NCBI GenBank assembly: GCA_964515055.1
Contig: CAZEUG010000001.1
Coordinates: 122,732 to 186,731, forward strand
DNA: 64,000 nt
Reading direction: 5' to 3'
Source of the DNA: an uncultured Oscillospiraceae bacterium
Lineage (GTDB): Bacteria; Bacillota; Clostridia; Oscillospirales; QAMX01
Shown in pieces: positions 1 through 9,258 of this stretch. How positions within the stretch are numbered: the first letter of the stretch is position 1; each line of letters begins with the position of its first letter. A program made the position numbers and the translations under genes. The notes beneath the pieces are model-generated. The model was not told the origin of the DNA and searched no databases. It was given only the letters and a program-made list of their open reading frames with translations.

Positions 1-1024
1 CGGCACAGATGTTGCCGTACATATCCAGAATGTCCGTTCGTTCGACTTTTGTGAAAATTTTGGGGATGTTACGCGTCTGGCCAAAGAGAGAAATCAGCAG
101 ATTCATTTCGTCCGAGTCCGATGCTGAGACCAGAACATCCGTGTCGTCAATGTCTTCAGATTGCAGCAACTCCTGATCGTTAGCGCGGCCATTCAGAATG
201 ATGGCCTGCGGTAGCATATCCGACAATTCACGGCAGCGAGCGGCATCTGCCTCTAAAATCTTGACTTCCATGCCCATTTCGCAGAGCTGCCGAGCCAGGT
301 AGTAGCTGGTACGTCCGCCACCGATGATAAAGACCGAGCGAACCTTCTGCTGGACGATGCCGATGGCCTTGAGGAACAGGCTGATTTCCAGCGGAGAAGA
401 GGTGATCGTGACGTGATCTCCAATCTGCAGCTGGAAGGAGCCGTCCGGAATAAAAATTTCCTCGCCGCGCTGAACGGCACAAATCAGCACCCGAACCTTG
501 AACTTCTCATAAATCGACATCAGTGCCATACCGTCCAGCTCACTGCCGTCCGGAATGCGGAATTCGATCAGCTCAATCCGTCCCTTTGCAAAAAAGTCGA
601 TATTCAATGCGTTGGGGAAACGGAGACGGCGCGACATTTCCGTCGCTGCGGCCAGCTCCGGATTGACGGTCATGGAGAGGCCAAGCTCTTCCTTCATCTC
701 AATCAGCTGATCAGCGTATTCCGGATTCCGAATCCGCGCAATGGTCTTCCCGGCACCGAGCTTTCTGCCAACGAGACAGGCCAGGATGTTCAGCTCATCC
801 CCGGAGGTGGCGGCAATCAGCAGATCAGCCCGATCTACCCCGGCCTCCTTCTGCACGGACAGACTGGCACCGTTCCCGTGAATCACAAGAACATCCAGCA
901 CGTCCATCAGGTTTTTCAGGTTATCGAGATTGGAATCTATCACGGTAATATCATGTTTCTCACGGGAAAGCTGATCAGCCAGAGCAAACCCAACCTTCCC
1001 ATCGCCAATGATGACAATTTTCAA
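1..1024 (-). CDS. trkA: Trk-type K+ uptake NAD-binding subunit TrkA (N-terminal about 341 codons; 3' end lies beyond the window edge)
   Basis: My reverse-strand translation from TTG at 1024 (GGAGG 6 nt upstream) reads LKIVIIGDGKVGFALADQLSREKHDITVIDSNLDNLKNLMD, a TrkA-N Rossmann GxGxxG start. The frame stays open to base 1, so it is absent from the ORF track. ORF 413..1042(+) is its antisense shadow. Confidence 0.8.
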   Translation of the reverse strand, partial: MKIVIIGDGKVGFALADQLSREKHDITVIDSNLDNLKNLMDVLDVLVIHGNGASLSVQKEAGVDRADLLIAATSGDELNILACLVGRKLGAGKTIARIRNPEYADQLIEMKEELGLSMTVNPELAAATEMSRRLRFPNALNIDFFAKGRIELIEFRIPDGSELDGMALMSIYEKFKVRVLICAVQRGEEIFIPDGSFQLQIGDHVTITSSPLEISLFLKAIGIVQQKVRSVFIIGGGRTSYYLARQLCEMGMEVKILEADAARCRELSDMLPQAIILNGRANDQELLQSEDIDDTDVLVSASDSDEMNLLISLFGQTRNIPKIFTKVERTDILDMYGNICA

Positions 1025-1074
1025 GAGGAACCTCCATATTGACGGCAAATGCCGTTGGTAGAAACGTTACGCCT

Positions 1075-1103
1075 ATTATACTCGCCGGACAGGTAAATGT
1101 CAA
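1075..1103 (-). promoter_or_regulatory. sigma70-type promoter of trkA (TTGACA-17-TATAAT)
   Basis: Minus strand reads TTGACA (1103-1098), a 17-nt spacer, then TATAAT (1080-1075). Both hexamers match consensus perfectly and lie about 50 nt upstream of the trkA TTG start. Confidence 0.6.
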
Positions 1104-1145
1104 CCAGTCCCTTCAAGCTGCGGCCACAGAAGCGCCGGTCTGTGA

Positions 1146-3116
1146 TCAGATCAGCCCTTTTCCGGCCAGCCCCCATTCGACAAAGATCTCGTTCAGCGGT
1201 CGCCCCTCATTGAACATCGTCACGGAAAGTGTCTCGCAGTCCTTCTGGAACGCTTCGCGCATGGTGCAAAGCTCCTCGCTTGAGTAGCAATCACCGTACA
1301 GCTGGCAGATGGCAAAGCGCGGGAAGATGCTCTCCAGATCGATGTGCTTTTTGAGTGTCTGATACCGCTCCGGATTCTCAGCCGCAAGCGGCTCAATGGC
1401 GGCATAGGCCTCATTCAGCAAATCCATCCAGTGGAGCAGTGTGCCAATCGGCCAGTATTTGGTATCGCACAGCCAGTTGTAAATTGTTCCGTCGATTTCA
1501 GGCCATGTGCTTTCCAGATCGCGCAGGTGAATCTGCAGCTCGTCAAAATACCGGCGCATCGGCGCTGCCGCATCCTGAAAATAATGGGCAAAGAAATCGT
1601 CCGCGATGGATGCAAAGCTGTCGTTTACCGAAAACAGCGCCCGCGAATTGAAGTATTCCTTGAGCTTGCCAAAGCAGGTGACATTCCCCTGATTGTATTG
1701 GCCTTCCGGATAGAGGAAAACGGCGTGATTCTGCTTGGAGAACCGGTAGGTTTCCAGCATTGTGTCGTAGGAGTTCAGCGGGAACAGGTAGTTCGTGTAG
1801 TTGGTTTCGTATAACCAGAGACACATATTGTCAGTCAGAACGCTCCAGCCCTCCAGAACATCGCGGGTTGGTGCATTGACCTCATCGTAGAAGGAATGAC
1901 TGTAGCAGGCGGTGATCGGCGCAAGGTACACGCCGACATTTTCGTCACAAACAACGGACTCGTCAATCGGCTCCCAATGATCCTCGACCCATTCCACCGG
2001 CGGCTGCTCCATCTGACGGTATGCAAAGAACAACAGCCGAAGCGCACGTTTCTCCGTGCCGCGGGCTTTGGCCTGCTCTGCCAGCGCATCCTGTACCAGA
2101 CGGTTGACGGCGTTCATAAACCGGATGCAGGCGGCGGAATTGGCACCGTGATAATCGGCGCGAACCTGTTCGCAGGCCGCACAGCCGCAGATCGTATCGT
2201 GGTCTTCAATGGTCAGCGCGAGAAACGGGAGATTCGGAAAGGCGTTGGCCGCTTCCAGCACGCGCTCCGCCGCCTGTTGCACCATAAGCTCCCACTCCGC
2301 GGCATCACCGTGCGCCGTGTAGCAGAGCTCGTTGCCCTCCGTCGAATACCAGGCCGGATGCGCTTCCGCATACTGCTCCATTGGCAGACAATCCAGGCTG
2401 TTGTGCCAGCATGCACCGGCAATCGGAATGAACAGACTGGTGGAGAAATTCATACCGTAGGCCGCTTCCCAGCTGACGTAGTTGCTCTGATAAAAGTATT
2501 CAAAGTCCGGCCGCTCCGCAATCTCAAAATCCGGCAGCGTTTCTGCATGATTGCTGTAGGCTACGGTATCCTCTGCATACATTTCATAGCCGATGGCGTG
2601 ATGTAAAAACGCTATGGCACCCTTCTGCGCACCGGCATCGGATGCGGTGGCAATCAGCACGCTGTTGCCAACGGAGCGGATAACGTAGCCGGTCAGCCCG
2701 AGATCGACCTCCGGCATGGTGAACCCGGCCTGACGGAAGACCTCCGGGCCGTTCAGGACGATGAACCGGCTGTCGGCGGTGTATGTGACGGCGCTGCTGT
2801 CGGAAATCACCGGCAGCGAAACACCGGAAACCTGAAAAATGTGCTGCTGAATCAGCGCAGCGGCCTTCGCATTTTCAGAGCCGGAGCCGACGACAATGCT
2901 GTATTCGGAGGAACCGTCCGTGACAAATGGACGGTCTGTGGGTGTGACGGATACCTGATGCAGCACGTTGTCTACCGGGTGCGGGGCAGTCGGCGACAAC
3001 GGATGGTGCGCATCCCTGTTTTCCGGGAGCGGGTCGGCGGCGGGTGCGGCAGGGCTGCACCCGCAGAGCATCATACTCAGCGATACCAGCAGACAGGACA
3101 GACGTTTCCAATTCAT
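1146..3116 (-). CDS. Secreted lipoprotein, DUF4838-like (putative glycan-active)
   Basis: 656-aa ORF. N-terminal signal peptide with Cys-containing lipobox (MNWKRLSCLLVSLSMMLCGCS). Family assignment is recalled from general sequence character, not searched. Its start lies 13 nt after the stop of the upstream gene at 3129, so they form an operon. Confidence 0.65.
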   Translation of the reverse strand: MNWKRLSCLLVSLSMMLCGCSPAAPAADPLPENRDAHHPLSPTAPHPVDNVLHQVSVTPTDRPFVTDGSSEYSIVVGSGSENAKAAALIQQHIFQVSGVSLPVISDSSAVTYTADSRFIVLNGPEVFRQAGFTMPEVDLGLTGYVIRSVGNSVLIATASDAGAQKGAIAFLHHAIGYEMYAEDTVAYSNHAETLPDFEIAERPDFEYFYQSNYVSWEAAYGMNFSTSLFIPIAGACWHNSLDCLPMEQYAEAHPAWYSTEGNELCYTAHGDAAEWELMVQQAAERVLEAANAFPNLPFLALTIEDHDTICGCAACEQVRADYHGANSAACIRFMNAVNRLVQDALAEQAKARGTEKRALRLLFFAYRQMEQPPVEWVEDHWEPIDESVVCDENVGVYLAPITACYSHSFYDEVNAPTRDVLEGWSVLTDNMCLWLYETNYTNYLFPLNSYDTMLETYRFSKQNHAVFLYPEGQYNQGNVTCFGKLKEYFNSRALFSVNDSFASIADDFFAHYFQDAAAPMRRYFDELQIHLRDLESTWPEIDGTIYNWLCDTKYWPIGTLLHWMDLLNEAYAAIEPLAAENPERYQTLKKHIDLESIFPRFAICQLYGDCYSSEELCTMREAFQKDCETLSVTMFNEGRPLNEIFVEWGLAGKGLI

Positions 3117-3128
3117 ATAAAAACCTCC

Positions 3129-6110
3129 TTATGGTTCCACCGTGACAGGGTGGCGCATCAGATTGATATTTCCAAATGCATCATAGGCGACCAGACGGAT
3201 TTCGTAAACGCCCGGCAGCTCGGCCACAACGGCGTTGCTGTCTGAAGGCAGCTCGACCAGCTGTCCGTCCGGCGTGACGACATAGCGGAACAGTCGAATG
3301 TCCTCCGCTGCCGTCTGATTGTCCGACACGGTCACGTCCGGCAGAATGATGCACGAACCGACCGGAACGGATGTGGGGAAGCTGTGGTGCAGCGTGATCA
3401 CGGGCGCAGACAAATCCTCCACCTGCAAAATCCGCGTCTCCACGCCGAAGTTGGGGGAACAGCGATTCGCTTCCGTCGATTTGTAGGTAATCTGATACGC
3501 TCCCGGGAGAGACAAAACCAGCTCATAGCTGCGGGTGGGGTCTGCATCCTTCAAAAGCGTGCCGTCTGCGGCTGTGACAAAGTCACCGTTTCGGTCGCAG
3601 ACACTCATCGTACACACAACGTTGGCGTCCAGCGCATCGCCGACCAGCGCGGCGGGCAGCGTGACGGTATCGCCCAGCGCCACCAGACCGATGACACCGC
3701 CGGGCAGCACCACACGCGGTGGAATCCGGTCAAAAGCCAGATTGCCCATGGGCTGGTTGTCCACCGAGTCAAGCCGAATCTGGCTGCCGGGGGCGGCCTG
3801 CTCCCAAACCATCGACAGATACAGCCACTCGCCAAAGCCGTCAAACGGTGTGCCGTCTGCACAGGTCGTCAGCTCAAAACGGCGCCCGTTGACCAGCAGC
3901 GTCCGGTCACCCTCGCAGATCAGAGTGAACGTCGTCTCCTCGTCAAACGATTCCGAGACGACAACCGTTTCCCCGCTACAGCTGAGAAGCAGCTGCCCAT
4001 TGCTTCGGCGGAAGGTCGCAGCCACAGGATGGGCGGTGTTGTCACCGCTGATCAGCAGGACGGAAAGCGATTCAAAATCGGCCGTTTCAGGCGCAATCGA
4101 AAATGTCAGTCCGGTTCCTTCAGACAGAAGATGGTTGGCAAATACCCAATTGCTGTCCGGAGCATCTGCCGTCAGTGTCAGATAGGAGGCGCTGGCTGTG
4201 ACCGTCAGGTTCGTTCCGCGGATATAGTTCTTCAACTGCAAACGATCCCGTCCTTCATTCTGATACGCGCCGAGGACGACCGGCACCTCGCGGGTCAGAG
4301 AGACGCCCTCACACGAGTAACAGAAGGTCGCCAACAGCCCGTCCTGATCGACCGTCGGCGTCCACGACGCACCGGCCGATAAGGTGGTGGTTTCCCCGTT
4401 CAGCGTCACTGTAAGTGATGCGGGCTTGCGCTCCTCAGAACCGCTCCGGTAATCATAGGCCGTGCATTCGGGCAGCTCGTAGGAACAGCCGCTGAGCAGA
4501 AAGAGCGGGAGCGATGGCTCATTCGGGAAGAACGGCGCGTCGTTGACAAGGACATCCAACGCAAAACGCGTCACGCTTTGCAGCCCGATGTAATCGGTGG
4601 CGGTGTAGGTGAGTTCGAAAAGACCGGTCTCTGTCAGACGCAGACCGTCTCCGAATTCACACGGCTTGCCGTTCAGACTGGCTGAAACAGTTACAGTGGT
4701 GAAGCTGTCGCGGGCGTCTGCCTGATACATGGCGGGGGACAGCACCGTCCCAACCATGACAGAAGACGGCGGCATCTCTGCAAAGGTGATCTCCGGCAGC
4801 GGCAGCTCGGAAACGGCCACCACCGTTCGGGTCAGCTGGCTGACATTGCCGACTGCGTCAGCTGCGGTATATGTGATGCAATACGTCCCGGCTGCATCCG
4901 GCGTGAAGGCACCATCCGTGATGGTAAGCGTCCGACCGGCCGCCGTTCCGTCTGTCTGTTGGACGGTGAGAGCGACATCGGCCGAACCGGTATAGGTGTC
5001 GCGGGCAGAAGCGACCGGAATCGGATAGATGCGCCCCACCTCGGCACGCGGCATCTCGTCAAACGCTGCATCCAGCGCAATGTCCGGGCCGTCTGTATCC
5101 GCGTATTCCTCCGCGGTTAGATCGAGCCCGCGCACCTTTGAAATGCAGAAATTCGCCGTTTTGGAGACATACAGGTCGGCAGAAACGGACAGAAAGGCCT
5201 TCCCGCTGGGCAAACCATCCCAGAGCTGATAGAAAAAGGACGGGTCATCGAAATCCACGACCAGCTGCCCACTGCTGTAAACGCGCCGGGTGGCGGGGTC
5301 ATAGCCAATTCGAATGGGCATGGCATCTGCCGGTTTTTCCTCGATGCCGGGCGCAAAGAGCAGGGAAAAGGAGTGCTGGCCGGGCGTACCCCACACGTTA
5401 TTGATGTGCAGCTTCTGGTGTGATTCCTCCCAACCCTCCATGGGCTGACCGTTGGCTCCGGCCAGACAGTAGGTGGATGGATACTGGTCACCGTCCGATG
5501 ACTGCATGGCGGAAACCCGGAAGAAAATCTCCGAATTTTCCGTGTCAGTGAAGGTAAAAATCAATTTCCGAAAATCGAGGACGCCTTTCTGCATCGGTGT
5601 GGCAAAGCACTCCAAAATCGATTCGGACGAATCAACATCGGCAAGCTCCAGCGCCTGCGAAAAATACAGCGTGTCTCCCTCCGCCAAATGCACGAGAAGG
5701 CCGGGCGTCTGCGCGCCGTCATACGTGCCGTAGGTCACGCTGCTCAGCTCGGAGGAGACGAAGGCCGTCTTGCCTCGAACAGTCAACGTGCGGCTTTCCG
5801 TGTAGACATGGCGGCCAACTGTCGCCGTATACGTCACGGTGTATGAGCCGAACGACCGGAGCAGAACCGTCTGATCGGACAGAACCGTGCCGTCCGGTGC
5901 GGTGAGCACACCGACTGCGGCCGCCGTTTTTCGACCGGCCTGGACACTGGCTGCGGGAATCCGGAAGGTATCCCCGGTGGAAGCGTTCCAATCGGTCTCA
6001 GCAATGCTCCAGACGGGCTTCGGCGTCCGCAAAAGGAACACCCCGACCAACGCCGCCAGAAGGACGAGGATGAAAAGGATTACCCACTTGAACCTGTGAA
6101 GAACACGCAT
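3129..6110 (-). CDS. Membrane-anchored surface protein with multiple Ig-like (DUF5011/HYR-type) repeats
   Basis: ORF 3129..6155. I prefer ATG at 6110 (GGGGAG 11 nt upstream, downstream of the predicted promoter), giving MRVLHRFKWVILFILVLLAALVGVFLL as an N-terminal TM anchor. The motif G-x-Y-x-(I/V/L)-T-Y-x-A-x-D-x-x-G recurs at least 5 times (GSYTVTYTATVG, GTYCITYTAADAVGN, GLFELTYTATDYIG, GAYQITYKSTE, GVYEIRLVAYDAFGN). Confidence 0.75.
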   Translation of the reverse strand: MRVLHRFKWVILFILVLLAALVGVFLLRTPKPVWSIAETDWNASTGDTFRIPAASVQAGRKTAAAVGVLTAPDGTVLSDQTVLLRSFGSYTVTYTATVGRHVYTESRTLTVRGKTAFVSSELSSVTYGTYDGAQTPGLLVHLAEGDTLYFSQALELADVDSSESILECFATPMQKGVLDFRKLIFTFTDTENSEIFFRVSAMQSSDGDQYPSTYCLAGANGQPMEGWEESHQKLHINNVWGTPGQHSFSLLFAPGIEEKPADAMPIRIGYDPATRRVYSSGQLVVDFDDPSFFYQLWDGLPSGKAFLSVSADLYVSKTANFCISKVRGLDLTAEEYADTDGPDIALDAAFDEMPRAEVGRIYPIPVASARDTYTGSADVALTVQQTDGTAAGRTLTITDGAFTPDAAGTYCITYTAADAVGNVSQLTRTVVAVSELPLPEITFAEMPPSSVMVGTVLSPAMYQADARDSFTTVTVSASLNGKPCEFGDGLRLTETGLFELTYTATDYIGLQSVTRFALDVLVNDAPFFPNEPSLPLFLLSGCSYELPECTAYDYRSGSEERKPASLTVTLNGETTTLSAGASWTPTVDQDGLLATFCYSCEGVSLTREVPVVLGAYQNEGRDRLQLKNYIRGTNLTVTASASYLTLTADAPDSNWVFANHLLSEGTGLTFSIAPETADFESLSVLLISGDNTAHPVAATFRRSNGQLLLSCSGETVVVSESFDEETTFTLICEGDRTLLVNGRRFELTTCADGTPFDGFGEWLYLSMVWEQAAPGSQIRLDSVDNQPMGNLAFDRIPPRVVLPGGVIGLVALGDTVTLPAALVGDALDANVVCTMSVCDRNGDFVTAADGTLLKDADPTRSYELVLSLPGAYQITYKSTEANRCSPNFGVETRILQVEDLSAPVITLHHSFPTSVPVGSCIILPDVTVSDNQTAAEDIRLFRYVVTPDGQLVELPSDSNAVVAELPGVYEIRLVAYDAFGNINLMRHPVTVEP

Positions 6111-6171
6111 TCTGCATACACTCCCCGTGGTGCAATCGCACCGTGTACGAAGCACCTATCCAATTTTCTTT

Positions 6172-6200
6172 ATTATATCGTAAACAAACGGACACGTCAA
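6172..6200 (-). promoter_or_regulatory. sigma70-type promoter for the Ig-repeat protein / DUF4838 operon (TTGACG-17-TATAAT)
   Basis: Minus strand reads TTGACG (6200-6195), a 17-nt spacer, then TATAAT (6177-6172). It lies about 60 nt upstream of ATG 6110. Confidence 0.6.
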
Positions 6201-6344
6201 GCGATTTGCGAAAAAAAATGCAGGCATTTTCCGGACTGGCCTCACTGCTTCTGAAAAATATATTGCCATCTGCGCTTGCAAAACCGCATCAGATGTGCAG
6301 CGCACAGACGACAGCACCATCGTTTGCCAACCGCCTGCAAACCC

Positions 6345-6390
6345 ACACAAACAAAAGCAGACCTCAAGGCCCGAAGGCTTTGAGGTCTGC
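6345..6390 (-). terminator. Rho-independent terminator of ppdK
   Basis: The minus-strand RNA forms a 15-bp stem, GCAGACCTCAAAGCC / GGCCTTGAGGTCTGC (one G-U pair), with a 4-nt loop. TTTTGTTTGTG follows. It begins 12 nt after the ppdK stop. Confidence 0.8.
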
Positions 6391-6401
6391 AAGGGGACAG
6401 G

Positions 6402-9026
6402 TTATGCCTTGAATTTGACGGCGGCCTGTGCAGCGGCGAGCCGTGCGATCGGCACACGGTACGGCGAGCAGGAAACATAGTTCAGACCGATTTTGTGGCA
6501 GAATTCGATCGAGGACGGGTCACCGCCGTGTTCGCCGCAGATACCGAGCTTGATATCGCTGCGGACGGAACGGCCGAGCGTTGCCGCCATATCGATCAGC
6601 TTGCCAACACCAATGGTGTCCAGACGGGCAAACGGGTCGGACTCAAAGACCTTCTTTTCATAGTAGTCGTTGAGGAACTTACCGGCGTCATCGCGGGAGA
6701 AACCGTAGGTCATCTGCGTCAGGTCATTGGTGCCGAAGGAGAAGAATTCAGCTTCGGTGGCAATCTGATCCGCAGTCAGTGCGGCGCGCGGCACTTCGAT
6801 CATCGTACCGACGCGATAGGTGAGCTGCAGGCCGGAGGCGGCAATGATGGAATCCGCAACCTGGCTGACAGTCTTCTTGACGTATTTCAATTCGCTGACA
6901 TCGCCGACCAGCGGAATCATGATTTCCGGAACGACGTGCAGACCTTCCTTGGAAACGTTGATGGCGGCTTCGATGATGGCACGGGTCTGCATTTCTGCGA
7001 TCTCCGGGAAGGAGACGGCCAGACGGCAGCCGCGGTGACCAAACATCGGGTTGGCTTCGTGGAGCGAATCAATGGTGGCCTTCAGTTCAGAGAAGGTGAG
7101 ACGCATTTCCTGCGCCAGAGCCAGGATGTCTTCGTCAGACTGGGGGAGGAACTCGTGCAGCGGCGGATCCAGAAGACGAATGGTGACCGGCAGACCCTTC
7201 ATCGTGCGGAAGAGCGCTTCGAAGTCGCCACGCTGCATGGGCAGCAGCTTATCCAGCGCCTTTTTCCGCTGCTCCAGCGTTTTGGCAACGATCATTTCAC
7301 GAATGGCCGGAATCCGGTCAGCATCAAAGAACATATGCTCCGTCCGGCAGAGACCGATGCCCTCTGCGCCGTATTTCCGGGCGGCAGCGGCATCACGCGG
7401 CGTATCGGCGTTGGTGCGGATTTTCAGCGTCCGGATTTCATCGGCCCAGCCCATGAAGGTGGCGAAGTCACCGCTCATCGCTGTTTCAACGGTCGGCAGG
7501 ATGCTGAGATAGACCTTACCAGTGGAGCCGTCGATGGAGATGCCGTCTCCCTCGTTGATGCGCATACCCTTGACGACAAAATACTTCTCATCCTCATTGA
7601 TGTGAACATCACCGCAACCGGCGACGCAGCAGCGCCCCATACCACGAGCGACAACGGCTGCGTGCGAGGTCATACCACCGCGTGCTGTCAGGATGCCCTG
7701 AGCGGCGGCCATGCCTTCAATGTCTTCCGGAGAGGTTTCGTGGCGAACCAGAACGACCTTGCGGCCTTCCTTGGCGGCTTCCACGGCGTCCTTGGCGGTG
7801 AAAACGACGGTACCGCAGGCGGCGCCCGGCGAGGCCGGCAGACCGGATGCAACCGGAGCATCTTCTTTCAGTGCGATCGGGTCAAACTGCGGATGCAGCA
7901 GGGTATCCAGCTGCTTCGGCTCGACCTTGAGAATGGCTTCTTCTTTCGTGAGCATTCCTTCCGCAACCAGGCTGACGGCGATTTTCAGCGCGGCAGCCGC
8001 AGTGCGCTTGCCGCTGCGGGTCTGAAGCATATAGAGCTTGCCTTTTTCAATGGTAAACTCCATGTCCTGCATATCGCGGTAGTGCTCTTCCAGACGGGCA
8101 CAGATCTCCGTGAACTGACGGTAGATGTCCGGCATGACAACGGAGAGCTGATCGATGGTCTGCGGCGTGCGGACACCTGCGACAACGTCCTCGCCCTGCG
8201 CGTTCATCAGGAATTCGCCGAACAGCTTCTTTTCACCGGTGGCCGGGTTGCGCGTGAAGGCAACACCCGTGCCGCTGTCATCGCCCATGTTGCCGAAAAC
8301 CATGGACTGGACGTTGACAGCCGTACCCCAGGAGGACGGGATGTCGTTCATGCGGCGATAGTAGATGGCGCGTTCGTTGTTCCAGGAACGGAAAACGGCC
8401 TTGACCGCCTCCATCAGCTGAACCCGCGGATCCTCCGGGAACAGAACACCTTTTTCGGCGATGTAGTGGTTCTTGAAGAGAACCACCAGCTTTTTCATAT
8501 CATCTGCATCCAGCTCATTGTCATAGGAAACGCCTTTTTCGGCCTTGACCTGGTCAATGATCTTCTCGAATGTGGATTTCGGAAGCTCCATGACAACGTC
8601 GGAGAACATCTGAATAAAGCGGCGGTAGGAGTCATATGCAAAACGCGGATTCCCGGTCAGCTTGGCCAGTCCTTCAACAACGACATCGTTCAGGCCGAGG
8701 TTCAGAATAGTATCCATCATGCCCGGCATGGAGGCACGCGCACCACTGCGCACGCTGACCAGCAGCGGGTTTTCAGGATCACCGAATTTCTTTCCGCATT
8801 CGTTTTCCATCCGCTCCAGATATTCGTAAATCTGCGCCTGAATTTCATCGCTGATGGATTCGTTGTTCGCGTAGTAGTCGGTGCAGGCTTCCGTGGTAAT
8901 TGTAAAACCGTTTGGAACAGGCATTCCGAGATTCATCATCTCCGCAAGGTTTGCACCCTTGCCGCCGAGAAGCTCCCGCATATCGCCGGAACCCTCACAG
9001 AACATGTAGACAAACTTTTTACTCAT
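6402..9026 (-). CDS. ppdK: Pyruvate, phosphate dikinase
   Basis: ORF 6402..9053. Start chosen at MSKKFVYMFCEG (ATG 9026, GGAGAAAC SD), giving 874 aa. Hallmark PPDK sequence is present (GGKGANLAEM, GGMTSHAAVVARGMG phosphohistidine loop, C-terminal PEP-utilising TIM barrel ending GLNYVSCSPYRVPIARLAAAQA). Confidence 0.95.
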   Translation of the reverse strand: MSKKFVYMFCEGSGDMRELLGGKGANLAEMMNLGMPVPNGFTITTEACTDYYANNESISDEIQAQIYEYLERMENECGKKFGDPENPLLVSVRSGARASMPGMMDTILNLGLNDVVVEGLAKLTGNPRFAYDSYRRFIQMFSDVVMELPKSTFEKIIDQVKAEKGVSYDNELDADDMKKLVVLFKNHYIAEKGVLFPEDPRVQLMEAVKAVFRSWNNERAIYYRRMNDIPSSWGTAVNVQSMVFGNMGDDSGTGVAFTRNPATGEKKLFGEFLMNAQGEDVVAGVRTPQTIDQLSVVMPDIYRQFTEICARLEEHYRDMQDMEFTIEKGKLYMLQTRSGKRTAAAALKIAVSLVAEGMLTKEEAILKVEPKQLDTLLHPQFDPIALKEDAPVASGLPASPGAACGTVVFTAKDAVEAAKEGRKVVLVRHETSPEDIEGMAAAQGILTARGGMTSHAAVVARGMGRCCVAGCGDVHINEDEKYFVVKGMRINEGDGISIDGSTGKVYLSILPTVETAMSGDFATFMGWADEIRTLKIRTNADTPRDAAAARKYGAEGIGLCRTEHMFFDADRIPAIREMIVAKTLEQRKKALDKLLPMQRGDFEALFRTMKGLPVTIRLLDPPLHEFLPQSDEDILALAQEMRLTFSELKATIDSLHEANPMFGHRGCRLAVSFPEIAEMQTRAIIEAAINVSKEGLHVVPEIMIPLVGDVSELKYVKKTVSQVADSIIAASGLQLTYRVGTMIEVPRAALTADQIATEAEFFSFGTNDLTQMTYGFSRDDAGKFLNDYYEKKVFESDPFARLDTIGVGKLIDMAATLGRSVRSDIKLGICGEHGGDPSSIEFCHKIGLNYVSCSPYRVPIARLAAAQAAVKFKA

Positions 9027-9081
9027 AGTTTCTCCGTTTCTCCGCCGAATCAAAAATAAAGCACGAAAATGAAAAGCAGAT

Positions 9082-9109
9082 AAAGCTGTTTTCGGCGGAA
9101 AACAGCTTT
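9082..9109 (-). promoter_or_regulatory. Perfect 12-bp stem-loop in the ppdK 5' leader (terminator-like / attenuator candidate)
   Basis: Minus-strand RNA reads AAAGCUGUUUUC-CGCC-GAAAACAGCUUU followed by the U-rich AUCUGCUUUUCAUUUUCGUGCUUUAUUUUUG. It sits between the predicted promoter (9172-9200) and the start codon (9026). Confidence 0.45.
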
Positions 9110-9171
9110 AGAAAAAGACCTGTGTGCGCATAAAGGAACACAACAATATGCCCATTCATTTATCTGCTATA

Positions 9172-9200
9172 ATATTACCATGTTTTCCATGGAATTGCAA
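9172..9200 (-). promoter_or_regulatory. sigma70-type promoter of ppdK (TTGCAA-17-TAATAT, TG-extended)
   Basis: Minus strand reads TTGCAA (9200-9195), a 17-nt spacer ending in TGG, then TAATAT (9177-9172). Confidence 0.55.
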
Positions 9201-9240
9201 GGGGTTCTTTGCAGAAAACTGCAAAAAATTTGCGAACCCC
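9201..9240 (-). terminator. Stem-loop after the DUF4965-like gene (weak terminator candidate)
   Basis: GGGGTTC (9240-9234) pairs with GAACCCC (9207-9201), with an inner TGCAG-TTTT-CTGCA hairpin. It starts 19 nt after the stop at 9259. Only a short TT tail follows, so it is a weak call. Confidence 0.4.
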
Positions 9241-9258
9241 TGCAACAACCGGGTACCG

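Noticed and set aside
413-1042. A 209-aa plus-strand ORF at the left edge
   Set aside because: It is antisense to trkA, whose frame reads cleanly on the minus strand from TTG 1024 to the window edge.
6495-9059. An 854-aa plus-strand ORF opposite ppdK. There are similar giants opposite the GH38 gene (43980..46961, 993 aa), prkC (36121..37929, 602 aa), cdaR-ftsE-ftsX (53836..55755, 639 aa) and the M23 gene (56224..57603, 459 aa)
   Set aside because: All are mirror images of genes with unmistakable family signatures. They have low-complexity, Arg/Gly/Asp/His-rich compositions and no independent start signals.
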